A stretch of 64,000 nucleotides of DNA from an uncultured Bdellovibrionales bacterium (GTDB lineage: Bacteria; Patescibacteriota; Minisyncoccia; Moranbacterales; UBA1568). Shown in pieces: positions 37,396-46,891 of the stretch. Made by a program: the position numbers and the translations under genes. Below the pieces are notes generated by a model. It had not been told where the DNA came from. It worked only from the letters and a program-made list of their open reading frames with translations, and did no database searches. Each line of letters starts with the position of its first letter. Position 1 is the first letter of the stretch. The DNA lies in the NCBI GenBank assembly GCA_964624415.1, contig CAZUWR010000001.1, positions 74,114-138,113 on the forward strand, read 5' to 3'.

Positions 37396-38427
37396 TTAAA
37401 AATTGAAAATCGGAGCGAGCCATCCGATAGCCACGAAACTATTGAGGATATTGAAGAGCGCGAACAAAATAACAATGAGTCCCGCCGTCTTGAAGAACAC
37501 ACCGGAGTTAGCTTTGGTGTGGATACTCAAAGAACTGAAACTGATGAGCGCGAGCACGGGAAAAGTACCGAGTGCGAAAGAGAGCATCGTCAGTCCTCCA
37601 TGCAAGAAGCTTCCCGTCGTCAGCGAATACAACTGCATTGATTGCGTGAAACCGCACGGGAGGAAGAATGTGGTCATACCGACCAACGCCGGCGTGAGCG
37701 TATGATTCATCTTGGTCACATCGGTCACTTTCTTGGAAAAAAACTTCGGCATCGTGAATTGGAAACGCTTGGTAAAGTGAAAGACATCAAGCAGATTGAT
37801 ACCGAGGATAAGCATCACCATACCCACCAGAAAGCTCATCACGAATATCCCGTTCTGTCCCAACTGAAACACCGCTCCCACTGACCCAATTATACCACCC
37901 AGCACGAAAAATGAAACGATACGTCCGATATGGAACAAGACTTGTGGCTTTACCTTGTCCCCTTCTCTTGCAAAGGTGGCCGACATCGAAAGCACCAGTC
38001 CACCCACCATCGCCATGCAGGTCGAAAGCGAGGCAATGATACCGATGACAAAGGCCGTGCCATAGGTCACCTGCGAGGTATCCACCATATTGATGATACC
38101 AATTTTTTGGAGCAGGATGAAAAGCAGAACAAAGGCTACTACGAAAGGAAGAGCTGTGACAAATTCTTTCCAATCGATTACTTTTTTCACCTTTTCGACC
38201 GAGAGAGCATAACCATGTTTCTCGAGTAGTTTCGTCAGTGCTTCGGCGAGACTCTCGGGTGTCGCATCACCGAAAGTACCCGTAACGGTAACGGATTGCG
38301 TCCGCAGACTCGTCGTCGCGCTCGTCACCAGCGGATGCTCTTTGATTTCTTCCTCAGTCAGCATCACGCAGGCTTTGCAGTGCATACCCGTCACATGAAA
38401 AACATAATTTTTTTGTTCTTGGTTCAT
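37396..38427 (-). CDS. HMA (heavy-metal-associated) domain fused to a DsbD_2-like multi-TM domain
   Basis: N-terminal GMHCKAC metal-binding motif. A membrane domain of about 8 TM with Cys residues inside TM helices (LSTCMAMVGG, FFLPCGFTQ). Confidence 0.6.
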   Translation of the reverse strand: MNQEQKNYVFHVTGMHCKACVMLTEEEIKEHPLVTSATTSLRTQSVTVTGTFGDATPESLAEALTKLLEKHGYALSVEKVKKVIDWKEFVTALPFVVAFVLLFILLQKIGIINMVDTSQVTYGTAFVIGIIASLSTCMAMVGGLVLSMSATFAREGDKVKPQVLFHIGRIVSFFVLGGIIGSVGAVFQLGQNGIFVMSFLVGMVMLILGINLLDVFHFTKRFQFTMPKFFSKKVTDVTKMNHTLTPALVGMTTFFLPCGFTQSMQLYSLTTGSFLHGGLTMLSFALGTFPVLALISFSSLSIHTKANSGVFFKTAGLIVILFALFNILNSFVAIGWLAPIFNF

Positions 38428-38431
38428 AGGG

Positions 38432-40759
38432 TTAGAGTTTTTGTATCTTAATGCGTAGTGAATTGGAAATGACCGAAACGCTCGAGAGTCCCATAGCCAG
38501 ACCAGCGAATACCGGATTAAGCAACCATCCGAAAATCGGGTAGAAGACGCCGGCTGCCAAAGGGATGCCGATGATATTATACACGAAGGCGAAGAAGAGG
38601 TTTTGTTTGATACCTCGCATGGTTATCTTCGAAAGCCTAATCGCCTTGACGATTTTGGAAATATCTCCGCCAAGCAGTGTGATGCCAGCAGACTCGATCG
38701 CCACATCCGTCCCGGTGCTCATCGCAATACCGATGTCGGCCCGTGCCAATGCCGGCGCATCGTTGATACCATCTCCTGTCATCGCCACGATTTCCCCTTG
38801 TGCTTGGAGCTCCTGTATCTTTTCCATCTTGCTTTGCGGCGAGACTTCTGCCACCACCTCATCGATACCCACTTGACTGGCTATAAATCGTGCCGTATGA
38901 GCATTATCTCCCGTAAGCATGATGACCTTCACGCCGAGCTTATGCAGTTTTGCTATTGCATCTTTCGCTTCAGGCTTCACCACATCCGCCACCATCACCA
39001 CTCCGAGCACCTGCTGCTGGGTTGCCAGTATGATAGGCGTCTTGCCCTCACCCATTTCTTTTTCTATCGAAGCCTCATCAAACACGATGCCAAGGTCGCG
39101 GATGAGTTTGAGATTGCCGGCATAATACACGGTGTCACCTATCACTCCCTGCACTCCCTTGCCCTGTATTGCCTCAAACTTTTCTACGGAAAGTTTTGCT
39201 ATAGTATTCTGCGCCTGTGCATAGGAGACAAGCGCGTGTGCGATCGGATGCTCCGAGCGTGACTCGAGGGCCGAGAGTTTCGCGAGGATATCTTCTTTAG
39301 AAGATATATCGCTCAGAGGATGAATGGCAATGAGTTCCGGTTTGCCTTTAGTGATAGTCCCCGTCTTGTCGACCACCACAACCGTTACCTTGTGCAGTTT
39401 TTCCAGTGTAGCAGCGTCTTTGACCAGTATCCCCTCACGCGCTCCTTTGCCCACACCCACGATAATAGCGGTTGGTGTCGCTAATCCAAGCGCGCAAGGA
39501 CACGCAATGACGAGCACGCCCACAAATGACACCAGTCCAAATGAAAGCGATTGCGCGAATCCAAGGTACGATGTGCCGATAACCATCCATCCACTCAGTG
39601 CGAGAAATGCGATAGCAATCACGACCGGAATAAATACGGCGGAAATTCTATCGGCCAAAGCCTGTATCGGCGCTTTGCTTCCCTGTGCGTCCTCGACCAT
39701 ACGGATGATGCCCGCAAGCATCGTCTCACTCCCGACTTTGGTAGCCTGGAATGTGAATGCTCCGGTGGTATTGAGCGTGCCGGCCACCACCTTCATACCG
39801 GCCGTTTTCTCAACCGGAATCGGTTCGCCCGTAATCATTGATTCATCTACATACGATACCCCGTCGAGAACAACACCATCCACCGGAAGTTTCGAAGCCG
39901 GCTTGATGATAATAGTATCTCCGTGCACCACTTCGCTCACGGGTATTTCCGTTTCCTTCCCGTCGCGGATCACCAGCGCGGTCTTGGCTTGAAGATTGAG
40001 GAGCTTCTCGATAGCGTCGCCCGTTTTTATTTTCGATCGTGCCTCAAGGTATTTGCCGAAAGTGATGAATGCGATCACGACGATGGTGACGTCGTAGTAT
40101 GTCTGCTCGACATCAAGAAACGGCGTGAGAGGCTCTTCAAAAGAGGTTACAATCAGACTGTATACGAATGCGGTCAGCGTGCCGATACCGATAAGCGTAT
40201 CCATATTGGCATTACCGAAACGCAGGAATCGGAAGAGCCCTTGTAAGTAAGGCTTGCCGATAACAAACAAGGCGTAGGTCGCCAGCACTGGCAGCAAGTG
40301 ATGAAAAAACTCGCTCGTCACATATGGCATCTTTTCGATAACTCCAAACTGCGCCAGGCTATCCCACCCCATCACAAACAGACTGATGAGTGTCAGAGGA
40401 ATAGCCGTCAGCACTTTGGTTTTCATTGCGACCAGTTCCTGCAGCTTCTCTTGCTTGGATGAGCTCATTCCCAGATGAGCGCTGTGATCGGCGGCCGACA
40501 TACCTATTGTTTGTGCTGTTTGTGCTTGCCCGCCTCGGAGGGTTTCCGGCATAACCAAAGAGTAGCCAAGGGGTTTGATGGTCTCGGATAAAAGCTCGGG
40601 ATTTACCTTCTCACTATCAAAAACTACTTTGGTGCTTTCCGTACCATAATTAACCTCCGCTGATTCAATGCCTTCTATTTTCCCCAGCTTCTTTTCGATG
40701 ATGCTTGCGCACGAAGCGCAATGCATCCCTTTGATTTTGAATGTTTGTTTGGTCTGCAT
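38432..40759 (-). CDS. copA: Copper-translocating P1B-type ATPase
   Basis: N-terminal HMA GMHCASCA, CPC motif (CPCALGLATP), DKTGTIT phosphorylation site, GDGINDAP, and the HP and TGES regions. Confidence 0.9.
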   Translation of the reverse strand: MQTKQTFKIKGMHCASCASIIEKKLGKIEGIESAEVNYGTESTKVVFDSEKVNPELLSETIKPLGYSLVMPETLRGGQAQTAQTIGMSAADHSAHLGMSSSKQEKLQELVAMKTKVLTAIPLTLISLFVMGWDSLAQFGVIEKMPYVTSEFFHHLLPVLATYALFVIGKPYLQGLFRFLRFGNANMDTLIGIGTLTAFVYSLIVTSFEEPLTPFLDVEQTYYDVTIVVIAFITFGKYLEARSKIKTGDAIEKLLNLQAKTALVIRDGKETEIPVSEVVHGDTIIIKPASKLPVDGVVLDGVSYVDESMITGEPIPVEKTAGMKVVAGTLNTTGAFTFQATKVGSETMLAGIIRMVEDAQGSKAPIQALADRISAVFIPVVIAIAFLALSGWMVIGTSYLGFAQSLSFGLVSFVGVLVIACPCALGLATPTAIIVGVGKGAREGILVKDAATLEKLHKVTVVVVDKTGTITKGKPELIAIHPLSDISSKEDILAKLSALESRSEHPIAHALVSYAQAQNTIAKLSVEKFEAIQGKGVQGVIGDTVYYAGNLKLIRDLGIVFDEASIEKEMGEGKTPIILATQQQVLGVVMVADVVKPEAKDAIAKLHKLGVKVIMLTGDNAHTARFIASQVGIDEVVAEVSPQSKMEKIQELQAQGEIVAMTGDGINDAPALARADIGIAMSTGTDVAIESAGITLLGGDISKIVKAIRLSKITMRGIKQNLFFAFVYNIIGIPLAAGVFYPIFGWLLNPVFAGLAMGLSSVSVISNSLRIKIQKL

Positions 40760-40923
40760 GCTCTTGGTATTAATAAATAATACGAACACTCTCTTTATGT
40801 CATCCCGAGCTTGTCGACCGCGTGTCGCCCTTAGCTTTAGCGGTGGCACAGGGATCTGCTTTACAATGAGAAGATTTCTCGACTACGCTCGAAATAACAT
40901 GCTATTCTTGCAATTTTCGTAAT

Positions 40924-41241
40924 CTAATTCGACAAATTATATATCTTCAAAAGCTCCTCTATGGCCTTGTCTTTATCCTCGGCCATCTGGTGCGCGACGC
41001 AGGTGTCGAGGTGTCCTGCGAGCAATTCCCTTTTCGTCGTCTTAAGCAAACCAATGACACTGTCGATTTGCTGGATGACTTCCGGACAGTAGCGGCCGCC
41101 CTCGATCATCGCTGTCACCTTGAGCAGTGTCCCCTGCGCCTGCTTCGCACATTTCTGCGCTTTCAACTTTTTCTCGGACAGTGCTTTTTTCGCATTGTCA
41201 TCCTGAGTGAAGCGAAGGATCTCTTTATTTTTTATCGCCAT
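40924..41241 (-). CDS. csoR: CsoR/RcnR-family metal-sensing transcriptional repressor
   Basis: 105 aa, DUF156 fold. Metal-ligand pattern C...H...C (RYCPEVIQQ ... HLDTCVAHQ). Directly upstream of copA. Confidence 0.8.
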   Translation of the reverse strand: MAIKNKEILRFTQDDNAKKALSEKKLKAQKCAKQAQGTLLKVTAMIEGGRYCPEVIQQIDSVIGLLKTTKRELLAGHLDTCVAHQMAEDKDKAIEELLKIYNLSN

Positions 41242-41260
41242 ATAAGTGTATAAAAATTAC

Positions 41261-41286
41261 TAACCTACTACCTACAGTATAGGTTA
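41261..41286. promoter_or_regulatory. Candidate CsoR operator: TAACCTA-N12-TAGGTTA inverted repeat
   Basis: Seen about 20-45 nt upstream of the csoR start codon. Coordinates approximate. Confidence 0.35.
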
Positions 41287-41390
41287 TATAAAACTACTGT
41301 CAAATGTTTGTAAAAAATGCAAAAAGAAAAGTGGTAAAGAATATTATTCCGTACCACTTGACTAGACTAGGTTGATTGCTGTCAAACTTA

Positions 41391-41849
41391 CTATGGCCGC
41401 ACATTATCCCTAAGAAAAGTTTCTATTTGATAAGGAATAGTCGCTTTTTCAAGGATCATTTGCTTGAACGCTGGTATTTTAGCATGAATGGACTGCGGAA
41501 TCTCGTCTTCTGCAATATCAGACTCCATCTCTTGCAGTTTTTCCTCCAAAAATACCTCTCGGACTTCGTATCCCTTCAGATCACCCATGCTATCTTGAAG
41601 CCATTCTAAATCAATATCGCGGAAATTATTTTTAAGATCAATTACTTCGCCAAGATAATCTACCACCACCGAACATAAGCTCCATGATGGCACGAAATCT
41701 TCATCGAGATGCCCGCCCTTAGCCAGCATATTGATGTGAGCCTCCGTGCATTCATTACAAACGCAGGCCGCAGCGCTCACGATGATTTTTTTCACCTCTT
41801 CCGAAGTTTTACCGCAAAACGAACATGTTTTAATCTCTGATTCTGCCAT
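41391..41849 (-). CDS. Stand-alone ClpX-type C4 zinc-finger domain protein
   Basis: N-terminus CSFCGKTSEEVKKIIVSAAACVCNECTE matches the ClpX zinc-binding domain. There is no AAA+ module. The C-terminal ~100 aa are acidic and of unknown function. Confidence 0.6.
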   Translation of the reverse strand: MAESEIKTCSFCGKTSEEVKKIIVSAAACVCNECTEAHINMLAKGGHLDEDFVPSWSLCSVVVDYLGEVIDLKNNFRDIDLEWLQDSMGDLKGYEVREVFLEEKLQEMESDIAEDEIPQSIHAKIPAFKQMILEKATIPYQIETFLRDNVRP

Positions 41850-41998
41850 TACCGTACCCTCTTTTAAATTGATGAGAAAATGACCGCTTGTCACAGCCAT
41901 CTTCTCAAAGAACAAAACCACACTATATCAAGCCAAAACTTGACTCTCTATTGTAGCATACTGTCAGCACTTTGTCAATCCCTGTGACACGAATATAC

Positions 41999-42964
41999 TC
42001 ACCCAATCCCCAAGGAAATCAAGAACTCGGTGAGGGTTTTGCCGCGCAGCTCCTTGTACTGGCCTGGCTTGAGGAGGCCGATGCGCAGATCCATAATACG
42101 AATACGCTTCAGGTCGCGCACTTCATAGCCGAGCGCGGTGCACATACGGCGAATCTGATGCTTCTTGCCTTCTGTGAGGATGATTTTAAAGACCTGGTCA
42201 TCGACAGCGGTCACGATACACGGTTTAGTCTTAAAATCCTCGAGTTGGATACCCTCGCTCATCCAGCGGATGAAAAAGGTGTTGACTTTTTTGTTGACTT
42301 TCACGACATACTCTTTTTCGTGAGCATACTCGGGGTTGAGCACCTTGTCGGTGATACGGCCGTCATTGGTCATCAGCATCAGCCCCTGCGAGGCGCGATC
42401 GAGCCTGCCTACCGGAAACACATCCGCCGGAAGCCCCGAGACATCTTTGATGCTTTTTTGTCCGAGAAGCGAGGTGTGCGTCGCTATCTTGGCCTGCTTG
42501 TAGTACAGGAAGTAGCGATACTTTTTCCAGGCTTGCTTGAGCTTGCCATCCACCTCGACCTTGTCGGTTTCTTTGACCTTGTCCCCCACCTTGGCACGCA
42601 CACCGTTGATAGTCACGAGTCCTTTTTCGATCAGCTTATCGGCCTCGCGACGGCTAGAAAAGTTTTTGATAGCGAGGTGCCGATTGAGACGCATCGGGTA
42701 GACGGGTGTGTCTAAGACACTTGGCTGAACTTTCTTGACTTTAGGGAAGTAGCTTGCCTTGGGCTTTGGCGCATACTCGGGTCGCTCATAGGAAGAAAAG
42801 ACGTCCTTTGCATTCGCATGCTCTTTCACGAATGGCTTGGCGGATCCGGGCGCTCGCTTGGGCTGCGGATTCTGGCGAAGGTTGTTGCCCTTGCGCTTCG
42901 AAGCAGGACGATAGGATGTATCGAGCTTCTTGCCTTTATAGGTTGTTTTCTTACTTGTCTGCAT
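41999..42964 (-). CDS. rluB: RluB/RsuA-family pseudouridine synthase with a Lys/Arg-rich N-terminal extension
   Basis: S4 domain (LNRHLAIKNFSSRREADKLIEKGLVTING), catalytic Asp region (GRLDRASQGLMLMTNDG), and a basic N-terminal tail of about 100 aa. Confidence 0.8.
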   Translation of the reverse strand: MQTSKKTTYKGKKLDTSYRPASKRKGNNLRQNPQPKRAPGSAKPFVKEHANAKDVFSSYERPEYAPKPKASYFPKVKKVQPSVLDTPVYPMRLNRHLAIKNFSSRREADKLIEKGLVTINGVRAKVGDKVKETDKVEVDGKLKQAWKKYRYFLYYKQAKIATHTSLLGQKSIKDVSGLPADVFPVGRLDRASQGLMLMTNDGRITDKVLNPEYAHEKEYVVKVNKKVNTFFIRWMSEGIQLEDFKTKPCIVTAVDDQVFKIILTEGKKHQIRRMCTALGYEVRDLKRIRIMDLRIGLLKPGQYKELRGKTLTEFLISLGIG

Positions 42965-43153
42965 AGATATATTGTTACTGATGTAAAGTATGTATCTTCA
43001 CGAGCTGAAAAAGTAGGTTCAAGAATTTTTCATAACCATATGCGTACTCGCATCGGTTTTGAAAAATTACTTGGACATGCTTTTTGTTATAGATTCTTGT
43101 GTCATTCCTCAAACTAAAGCGACCCGCGGTTGCCATGCTTATAAAATAGCGCC

Positions 43154-44857
43154 TTACTTCTTTACCGCTACACTAGCCAGGCGTCTCACCATAAACTGCG
43201 CCTCCTTGGCCAATCCGGCAGCATACGCCTCGTAGTCGCCCATATGAGTAAGCTTGCCATCTGCCAAAAGCGAGGTGTCGAGTTTCGGTATGCGCTCGAG
43301 GAAATAGCGGTCGTGAGTCACCAGTATCACCGTACCCTCATACTTCTCCAGGATTTCTTCCATCGCTTCGATAGCCTCGATATCCAAGTGATTGGTCGGC
43401 TCGTCCAGTACCAATACATTGACATTCATCTCGGAATAGACCGCCAAAAGCAAACGCGCCCGTTCTCCAGGACTGAGCTCGCCAATAGTATCGCGGCTGG
43501 CATCCATCGCGCTAATATGGAATCGGTGTAAAAGAAGAGCGATATGATTGGTATCATAGATACCTGCCATCTCACCGAAAAGCCACTTGATAGTCTGATA
43601 CTTCGGGAGGTTTTCGTGTTCTTGCGTGAAGTTGCCGACACGCAAAGCATCACCCCTCGCCACCATACCCGACAGCGGCGGTAAATCGCCCGTAATGGTT
43701 TTGAGCAGCGTCGATTTTCCCGAACCATTGGCACCGACGATACCGATACGTGAACCGAACGGGATATTCATCGAGAATGGTCCGAATTGAAAATGATCCG
43801 CATAACCTGCGACGACATCCGTCAAGATGATAGCCTGACGTTCTTCTTCGGGAATAGCGGTAAAACGAATCTGCAGCGGCGCACGCTCCTCGAGTTTTTC
43901 CACTCGCTCTATATTGTCCATACGCGTCGTGATGGCATTGCCGGTCACGCTGAGTTTCTTGGATCGATCACGAGCAAAGTTGCGACCCATCTTGTCATTG
44001 TCATCCCAAGGCTGTATAGCACCCTTGGCCGCCCAATCGTGTTTTTCCAATGCGGTCGTCTTGAGCCGCTTGATTTCTTCTTGTTGCAATCGATACGCCT
44101 CGCGCAATCGACGAATCTCGAGCGCTTTTCTATTAGCATAATCAGTATAGTTGCCGGTATGCAAAAACGCATCGCGCTTGAACCAATCGATTTCCAAGAT
44201 TTTCGTCACCACGCGATCAAGAAATCGCCTATCGTGAGATGCAATGACACAAATAGCCGGAGATGCGATCAAGTATTCCTCAAGCCAAATCAAAGCGGGC
44301 AGATCAAGGTTGTTGGTCGGCTCGTCCAAAAACAGCATATCAACTCCCTTGAGAAGTATGGCCGTAAGAGAGATTTTTGTCTTCTGTCCCCCGCTCAACT
44401 GTGCAACCGGGTGGTTAAGTTCGATAGCATTCATTTGGAATCCATCGAGCACAGCACGGATGCGACGCTCGAAATCATACCCGCCTGCACGCTGGTAAAG
44501 CTCTGTGATCTCCGTATATTCTTCCAAGACAGCTTCCTCGTCCAAACGAGGTTCCAGAGCTGTCATCTGCTTTTCGATTTCGATAATACCCGAGACGCGG
44601 CGGATAAACTGTTCTACCGTCTCGTGCGGCAAGGCATCGACTTCCTGCGCGAGGTATCCGACACCGATATGGCGCGCGATGCTCACCTCACCCTTATTGG
44701 GCGTTTCGATACCCGCCAAAATCTTGAGCAAAGTAGACTTCCCTACTCCGTTTGGCCCGACCAAAGCGGCCTTTTGACCCGGCCCTAAGGCAAAGGTAAT
44801 ACCCGACAAAATGGTGCGAATACCGTATATTTTCGAGACTTTCTTTACGACGAGCAT
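43154..44857 (-). CDS. ABC-F family ATPase (second copy)
   Basis: 567 aa. Walker A sites GPNGVGKST and GANGSGKST, two LSGGQ signatures, no TM domain. Confidence 0.85.
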   Translation of the reverse strand: MLVVKKVSKIYGIRTILSGITFALGPGQKAALVGPNGVGKSTLLKILAGIETPNKGEVSIARHIGVGYLAQEVDALPHETVEQFIRRVSGIIEIEKQMTALEPRLDEEAVLEEYTEITELYQRAGGYDFERRIRAVLDGFQMNAIELNHPVAQLSGGQKTKISLTAILLKGVDMLFLDEPTNNLDLPALIWLEEYLIASPAICVIASHDRRFLDRVVTKILEIDWFKRDAFLHTGNYTDYANRKALEIRRLREAYRLQQEEIKRLKTTALEKHDWAAKGAIQPWDDNDKMGRNFARDRSKKLSVTGNAITTRMDNIERVEKLEERAPLQIRFTAIPEEERQAIILTDVVAGYADHFQFGPFSMNIPFGSRIGIVGANGSGKSTLLKTITGDLPPLSGMVARGDALRVGNFTQEHENLPKYQTIKWLFGEMAGIYDTNHIALLLHRFHISAMDASRDTIGELSPGERARLLLAVYSEMNVNVLVLDEPTNHLDIEAIEAMEEILEKYEGTVILVTHDRYFLERIPKLDTSLLADGKLTHMGDYEAYAAGLAKEAQFMVRRLASVAVKK

Positions 44858-44997
44858 AGAATTGTAGGTTAGGCTGTTATCTCAACAGTGCTGATAAATA
44901 GTTGCGAATACTGCATTGTATCATATTTCCATAAAAAAAGCAAGAAAAACACTCATTTCTAATAGAATGAGTGTTTTTCTTTGATACGTTCCGTTCC

Positions 44998-46890
44998 CTA
45001 CACATCCATCGCCTTGAGGATACGGTCGAGCTTGGCGGTGGCGACACCTACCACACTGTCTCCTCCGCCGTAGTACATATAGATTGTACCACCGCGATTG
45101 ACGACGCCGCATGGGAACACCACTTTGTTCACCTGTCCCATTTTTTCGTACTCCATCTCTGGTTCGAAGATAGCATCCGTAGTACGCGCGAGGATAATAG
45201 TAGGGTCTTTGAGCTGCAAGAGCACCGCGCCTACCCGGTAAGTGCTGTTGTCTGAAACACCATGATAGAACAGGAGCCAGCCTTTTTTGGTTTTAATAGG
45301 AGGGGCGGCGATGCCGACTTTGGCACTGTCCCACATCCCGTGTCGTGGTCCGACGATCGGCGTGAAACTTTCCACCTTGTCCACGGCGAAGTTGAGCGAT
45401 TTGACCGCGTCAAGGCAAATATGATTGTGAGCGCGATGAAAAACTAAGTAGTGTCCATGGATTTTCTCGGGAAAAAGACAGGCGTCTTTGTTGTCGATAC
45501 CCTCGGGCGTCACCAGTTTCGGCTCCGTCCAATTCCAGTCCAATCGCAAGAAATCCTTGACCGCGATACTGGTCGCAGCGACCACTGGTGGGTTATTCCC
45601 ATCGTAAGCGGTATAGAACATGTACAGTGTATCGTCTATCTGCGTGATACGAGGATCCTCGCATCCTGAATTGCCCGGGTGCGATTTCATCTCAAATCCC
45701 TGGCGGGGGGTGTAGATCGGTTGATTGAGTCTTTCGGTAATATCAAGACCGTTTTTGGAAACCGCATAGCCCATCACCGAAGTGTCATCCGTACCCATCG
45801 CGCGGTACACGATATATATCTTCCCTTTGATTTCCACTGCGGCCGGATTAAAAACCGCCTTATTCTCCCAGGCATTCGCTTCGAGAGGCAATAGAATAGG
45901 ATTGTTGCGGCTGCGCGTGAATATCGGTTCTTTGTGGATGCTATAGAGCAGATCATCCAGATCGACACTGGCTCGACAGCCAGTCGTATCCGTCGCTCCA
46001 TAATAGATAAACAATTTTTTGCCGGCGATAAAAGCACCTGAAGGGAAAATGACATTTGGTACCTGTCCGAATTCCTCATACGTTTCCTCGGGCACCAAGA
46101 GCGGTCCGGATGTGCGAGCGATGATTTTTTTTGGATCATTCAGATCCAAGAGCAGTGCCTCAATACCAAAAATCTTGTGCTCACTGAAATAGTTTTGGAT
46201 ATGCGAATATACCAAGAGCCAACCGTCTTTGGTTTTGATCGGTGCGGCGCCTATCTCCACATGATCGCTGTCACAGCGGCGCAAATCGATACGATGATCA
46301 TCGATGTGCTCATGCCACTTCTGCCAGTACTCGGGTGACCACATTTCTTCGAGCGTGTCGAAATAAGCGAACGCAGTGACAACCGGCGGCTCATCTGTAT
46401 GCGCGCTCAGCATCGCCACATATTTCCCGTTAATCTTCTCCGGGAACAAAGTCATGGCCTTAGCATTGAACGGCGTGACCAAGTGTTTTTCGTCTATCTT
46501 CTTAAAATCCTTGGTCGTAGCTACAGCAATTTTGATGCCGGGAGCCGCAAACGGAAAAACGGAAAGTGCGGTATAGAAAATATAGTAGGTGTCCCCTATC
46601 TTGGTGACACGAGGATCCTCACAGCCAAACTGCTCCCATTCGAATTCCGGCGCGATGAGTTGTCGGCGCTTTTCATAATGATGCCCGTCGATACTCTCGG
46701 TGTAGCCGATAGAGGAAATGCGAAGCTCTTGTTTGTGAACATACTTCACATCCGAAACCGCTCGATACACGGAGTGCACTTTGTTCTTATCCTGTATCGG
46801 GCACCAGTTGAAGGCTCCGAACGACTCCCAAGCGTGATCAGAAATAGGCTTGAGAAGCGGATTGTGAGTGGATCGTCGTATAACCAGCAT
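44998..46890 (-). CDS. Tandem GH130-domain protein (two beta-mannoside phosphorylase/glycosidase-like modules)
   Basis: Two repeats of the GH130 (formerly DUF377) signature (GCEDPRVTKIGDTYYIFYTA, GCEDPRITQIDDTLYMFYTAYDG). 630 aa. Confidence 0.7.
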   Translation of the reverse strand: MLVIRRSTHNPLLKPISDHAWESFGAFNWCPIQDKNKVHSVYRAVSDVKYVHKQELRISSIGYTESIDGHHYEKRRQLIAPEFEWEQFGCEDPRVTKIGDTYYIFYTALSVFPFAAPGIKIAVATTKDFKKIDEKHLVTPFNAKAMTLFPEKINGKYVAMLSAHTDEPPVVTAFAYFDTLEEMWSPEYWQKWHEHIDDHRIDLRRCDSDHVEIGAAPIKTKDGWLLVYSHIQNYFSEHKIFGIEALLLDLNDPKKIIARTSGPLLVPEETYEEFGQVPNVIFPSGAFIAGKKLFIYYGATDTTGCRASVDLDDLLYSIHKEPIFTRSRNNPILLPLEANAWENKAVFNPAAVEIKGKIYIVYRAMGTDDTSVMGYAVSKNGLDITERLNQPIYTPRQGFEMKSHPGNSGCEDPRITQIDDTLYMFYTAYDGNNPPVVAATSIAVKDFLRLDWNWTEPKLVTPEGIDNKDACLFPEKIHGHYLVFHRAHNHICLDAVKSLNFAVDKVESFTPIVGPRHGMWDSAKVGIAAPPIKTKKGWLLFYHGVSDNSTYRVGAVLLQLKDPTIILARTTDAIFEPEMEYEKMGQVNKVVFPCGVVNRGGTIYMYYGGGDSVVGVATAKLDRILKAMDV

Positions 46891-46891
46891 A

